A stretch of 24,001 nucleotides of DNA from a virus (Duplodnaviria > Caudoviricetes): positions 1 to 24,001 of the IMG/VR virus record IMGVR_UViG_3300017783_000210. One strand, 5' to 3'. Under the pieces are notes generated by a model. The model was not told where the DNA came from and made no database searches. It saw only the letters and a list, made by a program, of their open reading frames with translations. Positions 1 through 7,300 of this stretch are shown piece after piece. The position numbers and the translations under genes are program-made. Each line of letters begins with the position of its first letter. The stretch's first letter is position 1.

Positions 1-1
1 A

Positions 2-199
2 CTTCTTACGGCCACAGCTCAATTTGAGAGAGGAGATTGCGAAAAAATGTGTAAAGGTTTTGCAATGAAAGAAAGGCGTATTGAAGTCTCTGCAGCACTA
101 AATAGGGCAGCAGATATGATTAGACTTCGTAATGCTGCAGAGGAGTCTCCGAGACTTCCAAAACATAATACCCCAAAAGAGTTTATTACATTTACCTAA
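2..199 (+). CDS. Hypothetical phage protein, 5'-truncated (C-terminal 65 aa)
   Basis: Frame open from base 2 to TAA at 197-199 (LLTATAQFERGDCEKMCKGFAMKERRIEVSAALNRAADMIRLRNAAEESPRLPKHNTPKEFITFT*). It ends 1 nt before the next ATG at 201. Not in the ORF track. Confidence 0.6.
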   Translation, partial: LLTATAQFERGDCEKMCKGFAMKERRIEVSAALNRAADMIRLRNAAEESPRLPKHNTPKEFITFT

Positions 200-200
200 G

Positions 201-416
201 ATGGCAGATTACATTCTAAGAGCAGACAGTCCTTCCAACCTTCAAGGAGGAAAGGTATATTATACCGAGGATGGCACCTGGGCACAACTTAAGAGCAAAG
301 CAAAAGTTTACACAGCAAAGACCAGAGCCACTGAAGCAAAGAAAGAAGTTACTATGGATTGTGAAATTGTAGCACCTGACTTCGAGACTAACCAAGCAGT
401 AGAGGATGCCGTATGA
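201..416 (+). CDS. Hypothetical phage protein (71 aa)
   Basis: Same frame as track ORF 132..416. ATG at 201 (MADYILRADSP...) directly follows the upstream stop, so it is the likelier start. Its TGA overlaps the next ATG (ATGA at 413-416). Confidence 0.7.
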   Translation: MADYILRADSPSNLQGGKVYYTEDGTWAQLKSKAKVYTAKTRATEAKKEVTMDCEIVAPDFETNQAVEDAV

Positions 417-571
417 AATGTATTAGCCACATTCAGTATGATGACGAAACTGATGAATTGATTGTGCCAATTCCAGACGAGATTTTAGATAGTCTTGACT
501 GGTCTATAGGCGATGTGCTACAATGGGAATATAATGATGATTCTATTTTATTAAAGAAAGCAGATGTCTGA
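413..571 (+). CDS. AbrB/MazE/SpoVT-like small DNA-binding domain protein (52 aa)
   Basis: MKCISHIQYDDETDELIVPIPDEILDSLDWSIGDVLQWEYNDDSILLKKADV*. The pattern L-x-V-x-IP-x-EI-x-x-x-L-x-W-x-x-GD-x-L-x-W...I-x-L-K-K fits the swapped-hairpin AbrB/MazE fold. It overlaps the upstream stop (ATGA) and overlaps the downstream gene by 8 nt. Not in the ORF track. Confidence 0.7.
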   Translation: MKCISHIQYDDETDELIVPIPDEILDSLDWSIGDVLQWEYNDDSILLKKADV

Positions 572-884
572 ATTCAAATTTAATATCGTTGGAAAAGACG
601 GTAAGGTAATTGAAGATTTAATGTTTGATGATATCGACTCGGTTGCTGACTATATGTTAGACGCAGCAGACAAGTGGTATTCTGGACTACAAGATCCTGG
701 CGATAATATTGTTATCGAAAGGATTGAAGATGGTAAAGTAGTATTTGAAGACAAGAGTAGTTTCGGTGGTAATGATTATGGATATGGATCTGAAGGACAG
801 CGTACTGAAACTATTAACGCAGATGGACTCACTATCTTCTCGGATAGAGAGGTTGGAGAGTCGAATGAAGAGAGTGCCATCTGA
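564..884 (+). CDS. Acidic hypothetical phage protein (106 aa)
   Basis: Track ORF with an ATG overlapping the end of the previous gene. Very Asp/Glu-rich, with codon usage like neighbouring genes. Confidence 0.7.
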   Translation: MSEFKFNIVGKDGKVIEDLMFDDIDSVADYMLDAADKWYSGLQDPGDNIVIERIEDGKVVFEDKSSFGGNDYGYGSEGQRTETINADGLTIFSDREVGESNEESAI

Positions 885-990
885 TTTCACGATACGTTAT
901 CGACCACCTGGTGAAGATTATAAGAAGTTAGATAAGGTATTGGATTCACTGCACGAGAGACTAAATACTATCGAAGATGCACAGAAGTAA
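778..990 (+). CDS. Hypothetical coiled-coil phage protein (about 70 aa)
   Basis: Part of track ORF 745..990. ATGs lie at 772, 778 and 784 after GGTGGT (765-770), so the exact start is uncertain. Heptad segments (LSSRIERLESRM; LDSLHERLNTIE) flank a YRPPG motif. TAA overlaps the PAAR ATG (TAATG). Confidence 0.65.
   Translation: MDMDLKDSVLKLLTQMDSLSSRIERLESRMKRVPSDFTIRYRPPGEDYKKLDKVLDSLHERLNTIEDAQK
961..967 (+). promoter_or_regulatory. Possible T4-type late promoter variant (CTAAATA) upstream of the PAAR gene
   Basis: TAAATA core ends 22 nt before the ATG at 990 of a virion structural gene. The motif is short and could occur by chance. Confidence 0.4.
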
Positions 991-1304
991 TGGGAAGATG
1001 TGCCAGGGTTAATGATACTATTAGCACTGGGCATGGTTGTGATACCACAGCAACTATTGTTGTAGGTAGTAACAATGTTTTTGTGAATGGGCGTAGTGCT
1101 ACCTTTCAGGGTGCAGATATTTCTACCCATACGATTACAAATCCTTCTGGGACCGACCCTAAGTGTATCCCACACCCTGGGCAGAAGGTTAATGTGGGTA
1201 GTGCGACTGTTAGAGTCAATGGGAAACCAATGGCGAGAGTAGGAGACTCTGCCGACCTAGGAAGTGTCACAGGCGGGTCTCTGAATGTATTTGCAGGTCC
1301 TTGA
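990..1304 (+). CDS. PAAR-repeat baseplate spike-tip protein (T4 gp5.4-like)
   Basis: 104 aa with three PAAR-type repeats (CARVND, VFVNGRSATFQGA, VRVNGKPMARVGD), candidate metal ligands (HGC, TH, PH) and a typical GSxNVFAG C-terminus. Confidence 0.92.
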   Translation: MGRCARVNDTISTGHGCDTTATIVVGSNNVFVNGRSATFQGADISTHTITNPSGTDPKCIPHPGQKVNVGSATVRVNGKPMARVGDSADLGSVTGGSLNVFAGP

Positions 1305-1318
1305 TTCTGTGCTATAAT
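1290..1318 (+). promoter_or_regulatory. Sigma70-type (early/host-like) promoter with extended -10
   Basis: TG-C-TATAAT at 1310-1318 is a perfect extended -10. A -35-like TTGCAG lies at 1291-1296 (16-nt spacer). AGAGGT RBS at 1333-1338 precedes ATG 1345. Confidence 0.6.
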
Positions 1319-1344
1319 AAATGAGTTGATACAGAGGTAACACC

Positions 1345-1488
1345 ATGGCAAAGATGTCGAGTTTCACTAATAACGGTTACATCCAAGCAAAACCTAAAAT
1401 GACTCGTCAAGGACGGTCAGTAAATACGAAGACCAGTGCTACATCACGTAACAACGCTAAAAAGCGTTATAGAGGACAAGGGCGGTAA
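1345..1488 (+). CDS. Small basic peptide ending KRYRGQGR (47 aa)
   Basis: MAKMSSFTNNGYIQAKPKMTRQGRSVNTKTSATSRNNAKKRYRGQGR*. It has a good RBS, no acidic residues, and its stop overlaps the next ATG (TAATG). Resembles small YRGQG-ending proteins I recall from marine phages. Not in the ORF track. Confidence 0.85.
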   Translation: MAKMSSFTNNGYIQAKPKMTRQGRSVNTKTSATSRNNAKKRYRGQGR

Positions 1489-1955
1489 TGTACGACGAGG
1501 CGCATGTTAGGGACTGGATTCGCAGACTAGCGTTATTACGTCCAGAAATAGGAGGTTTTGCAATCTGTCCCTATTCCTCTGGAGCAAGTTATAAAATTAT
1601 TGAGTGTCCAGTTAACGACATCGAGCCCATGAAAGGTTTTGATGTCGTTATTTTTGTTGTTGAGCGTGAATTAGACCCTATAGATGTTGAGGAGTGGTGT
1701 GAATCTTTGAATGCTATCTACCCTGGTTGGATATTCTTAGAGGATGCTGCGGAAAAACCATCGTATATTGGGGAAATACAGACCAACAACGGGCTCTACA
1801 ACTTAATTCTGATGCAAGACAGAGATAAGTTGCGGAAAATGCGTGAGAAACTGGGCAATACCCCATATTACGACTACTGGAGTGATGCCTTCTTGCGGGA
1901 AGTGCTTGAAGATGACTACGAATTAATCAAAAAGGAGAAAAACAATGGCGACTAA
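1488..1955 (+). CDS. Conserved hypothetical protein, DUF1415-like (155 aa)
   Basis: Coupled start. N-terminal W..L......GGFAICPY resembles the DUF1415-type CP(F/Y)A motif. Family call from motif memory only. Confidence 0.6.
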   Translation: MYDEAHVRDWIRRLALLRPEIGGFAICPYSSGASYKIIECPVNDIEPMKGFDVVIFVVERELDPIDVEEWCESLNAIYPGWIFLEDAAEKPSYIGEIQTNNGLYNLILMQDRDKLRKMREKLGNTPYYDYWSDAFLREVLEDDYELIKKEKNNGD

Positions 1956-2106
1956 TCACGTACCTGACCACATTCCTTCGATGATGGAGGAGCAATTTGG
2001 CACTGTAGTGTTAATTACTGATACTAAAGCAGACCAGTATCTTGCAAAGGCATCTAAGGACTCTGAGGAGCGCGACTCCGACATAACCGCGAAACTCCGT
2101 CAGTAA
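1945..2106 (+). CDS. Hypothetical phage protein (53 aa)
   Basis: MATNHVPDHIPSMMEEQFGTVVLITDTKADQYLAKASKDSEERDSDITAKLRQ*. Strong AGGAG RBS at 1933-1937. It fills the gap before gp25. Not in the ORF track. Confidence 0.8.
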   Translation: MATNHVPDHIPSMMEEQFGTVVLITDTKADQYLAKASKDSEERDSDITAKLRQ

Positions 2107-2111
2107 CTGTG

Positions 2112-2118
2112 ATAAATA
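2112..2118 (+). promoter_or_regulatory. T4-type late promoter (ATAAATA)
   Basis: GATAAATA in the short intergenic space between the stop at 2106 and the gp25 ATG at 2143. Matches the gp55-type late consensus (TATAAATA in T4, NATAAATA in cyanomyoviruses). Confidence 0.75.
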
Positions 2119-2142
2119 CTTTTGACTCGTAGTGGTGTCTTT

Positions 2143-2541
2143 ATGCCCACCTTTCAGACATTTAAAGATGTGATGGTTACTTTTGGTAAGCATCCCAACA
2201 CTGATGATGTACTGGTAGCGAAGGATGAGAACGCTATTAAGATTGCGCTGCAGAATTTAGTTATGACTAGGAGAGGAGAGAGACCTTTCCAACCATTGAT
2301 TGGTAGCAGGATTCCTGAATTGTTATTTGACATTCTCGATTTTGCAACAGCTGCTACCATCACTGATGAAATTTATATATTAGTTGACCGATATGAGCGT
2401 CGTGTGCGTCTAGTTGATGTGGTAACTACCCCCAACTTTGATAGCAATGCATACGAAATTCAGATTGAGTATGAAATCATAGGCAGAGAGCTTGACTCGG
2501 GTCCATTGACAACGGAACTTCTTCTAGAAAGAACGAGATAA
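2143..2541 (+). CDS. gp25: Baseplate wedge subunit gp25 (GPW/gp25 family)
   Basis: DENAIKIALQNLVMTRRGERPFQPLIGS...LLFD and YERRVRL motifs. ATG 2143 (MPTFQTFKD) is preferred over the track's TTG at 2122, which lies right against the promoter. Confidence 0.93.
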   Translation: MPTFQTFKDVMVTFGKHPNTDDVLVAKDENAIKIALQNLVMTRRGERPFQPLIGSRIPELLFDILDFATAATITDEIYILVDRYERRVRLVDVVTTPNFDSNAYEIQIEYEIIGRELDSGPLTTELLLERTR

Positions 2542-2544
2542 TCG

Positions 2545-4356
2545 ATGCCTTACTCTCAGTTAAACCAATTAGACTTCGGTAACATTAAGACTGCCCTCAA
2601 GGAATACATGAGGTCGCAGACAGATTTTACTGATTATGACTTTGAAGGTAGTGCATTAGCACAACTTATTGATGTATTAGCATATAATACTTATTATACA
2701 GCATTCAACACCAACATGGTGGTGAATGAAATGTTTTTGGATTCTGCTACTCTACGTGATAATGTAGTAGCACTTGCCAAACAACTTGGATATCGTCCAA
2801 AATCAGCAACAGCGTCGAGAGCAGTAGTGACCTCAACGCTCTCTTATACCTCTCCAAATGCCCCTGCAACAGCGTTGCTACGACGTGGCAAGGCATTCAC
2901 CGCATTATTCGATAATACCGTATATCAATACAGTGTATTAGATGATGTTAGAGTGCCAGTTAATAATGGCATTGCTGTTATGGAGAATGTAGAAATCTTC
3001 TCTGGTAATATTGTCACGGACTATCATACCGTCAATAGCACTCTTCGTAACCAAAGATTTCTAATTAGCAATTTAAACACTGACACTACATCAATTCGTG
3101 TAAAAGTATTTCAATCTGCTCAGTCATCTGCCTTTGAATTGTATGACTATGCAGAAAATATTCTTAATGTAGACCCACAGAGTAAGGTTTTCTTCTTAAC
3201 TGAGATTGAAGATGAGAATTATGAGATTCAATTTGGTGATGGTGTCTTCGGTAGGAAGTTAGAGAATGGTGAATATGTCGAAATTTCTTATCTTACTACC
3301 TCTGGACCTGTTACTAATGGTGCTAAGGTCTTCTCTTTCAATGGAGTATTAGAAGACCCATCTGTAACAAATCAAAATCTCAATGCCGTTTCTATTACTG
3401 TAACGAGTTTAACCACTGTTGAGGCATCCGCAGGTGGTGAAAACTCTGAAAGTCTAGACAGAATCAAGTTTAATGCTGCTAAAAACTACGCTACTCAAGA
3501 TAGAGCAGTAACAGCAGAAGATTATAAAGCAATTGTAAGGAATTTATACCCATCTGTTGCTGATATTACTGCATTTGGTGGTGAAGAAGACAGTCCACCT
3601 GAATATGGCGTCGTAAAAATCGTCATAAAACCAAAATATGCGACTGCACTTACGTCTTACACCAAAAAAGACCTAGAAACTAAGTTAAAAAAGTATAGTG
3701 TTGCTTCTGTAACTCCAAAAATCGTCAATCCGTCGATTCTATACGTTGAGATGGACGCAAAAATTTATTATGACACTAATTTAACGACTTATAAGTCAGA
3801 TAAAATCAAATCGATGGTAATCAAAAACATCGAAGACTACATTGAGTTGTCGGATACTGAAAAATTCAATGGAAAATATCGTTACAGTAAGTTTACTGGT
3901 GTAATTGATGATGCTGATACATCGGTTATGTCCAATTTGACTAGCATCGAGATGAGGAAAGACTTTTATCCTGCTCTCAATTCAAAATTCTATTATGAAA
4001 TTTGTTTCAAGAATCCAGTTGTGTCTGATGATGAGCCAACTATTCGTAGTACAGGATTCACAGTTAGAGAATATCCTCTAGACACAGTGTATATTGAAGA
4101 CAGAAAGGGTGTATTGGTCTTGTATAAATTAGATAGTGTAACAGGTGATAAGCAAGTCCTAAACGCCAAGCTTGGCGATATTGATTATGGGACTGGGGAA
4201 TTGAGAATGTATGACTTGATTATCATTAAAGGCAGTTTTAATGATGACAAGATTGAAATTCGTGCTCTACCTGCACAGAATGATATCGTTTCCGCTAGAG
4301 AGATGTTCCTCGATGTGGACATCACCAAGAGTAAATTCACTATTATTCAAGAGTAA
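2545..4356 (+). CDS. gp6: Baseplate wedge subunit gp6 (603 aa)
   Basis: Hallmark T4 gp6 motifs: LDFxxIK, FTDYDFEGS, LAYNTYY, NEMFLDSATLRDNVV, FGDGVFG, QDRAVTAEDY. Confidence 0.96.
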   Translation: MPYSQLNQLDFGNIKTALKEYMRSQTDFTDYDFEGSALAQLIDVLAYNTYYTAFNTNMVVNEMFLDSATLRDNVVALAKQLGYRPKSATASRAVVTSTLSYTSPNAPATALLRRGKAFTALFDNTVYQYSVLDDVRVPVNNGIAVMENVEIFSGNIVTDYHTVNSTLRNQRFLISNLNTDTTSIRVKVFQSAQSSAFELYDYAENILNVDPQSKVFFLTEIEDENYEIQFGDGVFGRKLENGEYVEISYLTTSGPVTNGAKVFSFNGVLEDPSVTNQNLNAVSITVTSLTTVEASAGGENSESLDRIKFNAAKNYATQDRAVTAEDYKAIVRNLYPSVADITAFGGEEDSPPEYGVVKIVIKPKYATALTSYTKKDLETKLKKYSVASVTPKIVNPSILYVEMDAKIYYDTNLTTYKSDKIKSMVIKNIEDYIELSDTEKFNGKYRYSKFTGVIDDADTSVMSNLTSIEMRKDFYPALNSKFYYEICFKNPVVSDDEPTIRSTGFTVREYPLDTVYIEDRKGVLVLYKLDSVTGDKQVLNAKLGDIDYGTGELRMYDLIIIKGSFNDDKIEIRALPAQNDIVSAREMFLDVDITKSKFTIIQE

Positions 4357-4359
4357 GTA

Positions 4360-7300
4360 ATGGCTGCAATTAAGAGAAGAATTTCTGCATTAGTCGATAA
4401 GCAATTACCTGACTTTATTTCTGCTGAATATCCAAAGTTTTCTGCATTCTTGCAGAAATACTATGAGCAGCTTGAATTAAGAGGACAACCTCTTGACATC
4501 ATTCAAAATCTAACTCAATATTCAGATATTGACACCTACGAGAAAGGTCTACTATCTGAATTTACTTTATGTACTGCAAATGTATCCGCTAATGATACTA
4601 CTATTGCGATCGCAGTATCAGACTCTTTCCCTAAAAATAATGGATATGTCTTAATTGACGATGAAGTCATCTTCTATGAGTCTAAAACTGACACTACTCT
4701 AGAAAATTGTATCCGAAACGTTTCTGGCACTACAAAACTTGGCGATTTATATCATGAGTCTACCTGGACTCAAGGTGACTATGGAAATGGTGAGGAGCAT
4801 TTAAGTGGTGCAACTGCTTATAACATCAGTAACTTATTTTTATATGCGTTTGTTAAAAATTACGAAACGCAATACCTAGCATCCTTCCCAGAAGAGTCAC
4901 TTAAACCAGAAGTTGACAAAAGGACTCTAATCAAAAACATTAAACAGTTTTATAGAGCAAAGGGCACAGACCAATCAATCAAGTTTATCTTCAACTCCAT
5001 TGTTGCTCAAGATGCTGAGGATATTCCTTCGATTTATTACCCCAAGGAAAATACACTTAAAGCATCTACCTCTGATTGGATTAACAAGTTTGCTCTTAGA
5101 GTAAAAGTCTTGTCTGGGGATGCAAATAAAGCAATCGGTCAAATTTTGCGTCAAGAAGAGGACACATTTAATCCTAATATCGGCAATGCGTTTGCAACTA
5201 TTGATAATGTCAACTTTCTAGGCAATTTTGATGGCGAAAGCATTTATGAAGTTGCTTTAGCACCAGAAACAATTGTTGGAGAGTTTGATGTAGCACAAAA
5301 ATCATTTTTGACTAGTAGATTATTACCTGCTGTAAACACTGGTAGTAGAATTGATGTATTTTCAACTACTGGGTGGAAATCCGAAAAAGGTAAGATTGAA
5401 ATCGGTGGAGAAACGTTTACTTACAAAGATAAAAACGTCAACCAGTTTGTAATCGAAGGCAGAAATGGAAATGGTGACTATCCAGTCAACACTCCAGTAT
5501 ATAACTATGCAAATCTTAGTGCTACCTATGAAGAAAATGGTGTAGAGTACACTGTAAGATTTGTTTGCTACGGCATTCTATACAATCTTAATGTTTCTGC
5601 TGCAAATCCATATTCTACTGAGGGTGATGAAGTCCAAATCAGTGATTCTGGTTTTGAAACAAGAAATACCGTCATTTATGACAAGTCACAATCTGATGTG
5701 AGATGGAAAGTCAACGATACCATCTCCAAGAGCTCCATTTCAGGATTGAGTGAGGTATTAACTGATGTCCAAGCAATTTATGAGGATGAGCAATACTATT
5801 ACATTGCTTCTTCAGGTCTTCCCTCTTATAGTATTGGCACTTTTGCTAATTTAGCACCAAGAGACCAAAAATTCCTCAAATTGATTCGTAAAGAGTCAAT
5901 TAGAAACACAGAATTGTATCCAACGCCAACTAGAGACATTGGTATCTTCTTAAATGGCGTTGTTGCTTATGGTTATAAGGATTATGATGCAAATGACGTT
6001 GTATTCGGTGGTGTAGAGAGTTTTACGGTCACTGAAAAGGGCAGTGGATACAAAGCAGCACCTTTTGTGTTAATTGATGGTGATAAAGAAGCAGTCGGCA
6101 AAGCAATTCTCGCTGGTGAGGTTGTTGAGCGTATTGATGTTGTAAGTCCTGGTCAAAACTACAATTCCAACCCAGCAGTTACTGTTACTTCTGGTCGCAA
6201 CGCAATTGTTACGGCAACGGTCACTAAAGACAAGGTAACTCAACTCACAATTGTTGACCCAGGTGAATATTACTCATCACCACCTCTAATCATCATTAGA
6301 GACTCTCTTGGAAGCGGTAGATTAGCGGAATACACTGCTATCGTATCCAATGAAGGTAAACTAATCGGATTTAACAAAATTGCCGAAGGTAAATTCTATA
6401 CACAGGCAAATGTGACTGTAGAAGTCGTTGCTGTCGGTAAAGGTGCCGAAGCTACTGCTTCTGTGAAGCGTTGGAAGAAGAATCGCTTTGAAGTCACAAC
6501 AAAGGACGCAGAAAACGGCGCATTGTTTGAGAATTTCACAAAATCCTTTGGATATGGTTATGCACACCTAGGAAACCCACAACAACTAAGGACAGACCTC
6601 GGTGACACTAATCCTAGCGTCCATTCTCCAATTATTGGATATGCATATGATGGAAATCCAATTTATGGTCCATATGGTTACAATGACCCTCTAGACCCAA
6701 CCTCTGGCATTGATAGAATGCTAACCAGTTGGAGAATCAAGAATAGACGCGATTCTGATGGTCCAGATGTAGCAACTTATCCATTGGGGTCATTTATTGC
6801 TGATTATTACTATCAGCATCGTTTTGGTAGTCTAGATGAGAATAATGGTCGTTACTGTGTAACACCAGACTACCCAAATGGAGTATATGCTTACTTTATC
6901 ACTGTGAGTGCAGGTAACATCCCTGTATTTCCATATATCTTAGGTGAAAGATTCTATTCTATCCCAGTCGAGTCTAATTATAACTCTACTATCAATCAAC
7001 TTAACGTCCCATCAAAAGCAAGACGTTTAAAAACTACAATCACACCAAATAATGGCATCGCATCTTCTGCTGTCATTGAAACCACAAGAGAAGGTACAGT
7101 TACCTCCAGTCTAGTTGAATCTTCTCCTGCTAACTTTGCGGTTGGCAATAGAGTCTTTGTTGACAATAGAAATACTGGCGGAAGTGGGTTGGTGTCTGAT
7201 GTTGCCTCACTCAAAGGTAAAAGCATTTCTTCTATTGAGTCTACTGAGACAAAGGCAGTAAAAATTACATCAAAAAATCCTGTTTACTTCTTTGACAAGT

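Noticed and set aside
144-156. Inverted repeat AGTCTC-C-GAGACT
   Set aside because: 6-bp arms with a 1-nt spacer inside a coding region, no U-tract and no second copy. Compatible with chance.
132-200. N-terminal extension of track ORF 132..416
   Set aside because: It overlaps the upstream ORF ending at 199. ATG 201 fits the tight gene packing better.
2066-2078. GGAG-CGCGA-CTCC hairpin as a terminator before gp25
   Set aside because: Only a 4-bp stem, inside the 1945..2106 ORF, and not followed by a T-run.
687-2363. Minus-strand track ORFs (687..890, 918..1175, 1106..1351, 2011..2193, 2154..2363)
   Set aside because: Antisense shadows of well-supported + strand genes, with no recognisable motifs.
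990-4356. Bacterial type VI secretion or extracellular contractile injection locus (PAAR plus gp25 plus baseplate)
   Set aside because: T4-specific gp6/gp7/gp8 motifs, late promoters and small phage-style ORFs indicate a lytic T4-like phage.
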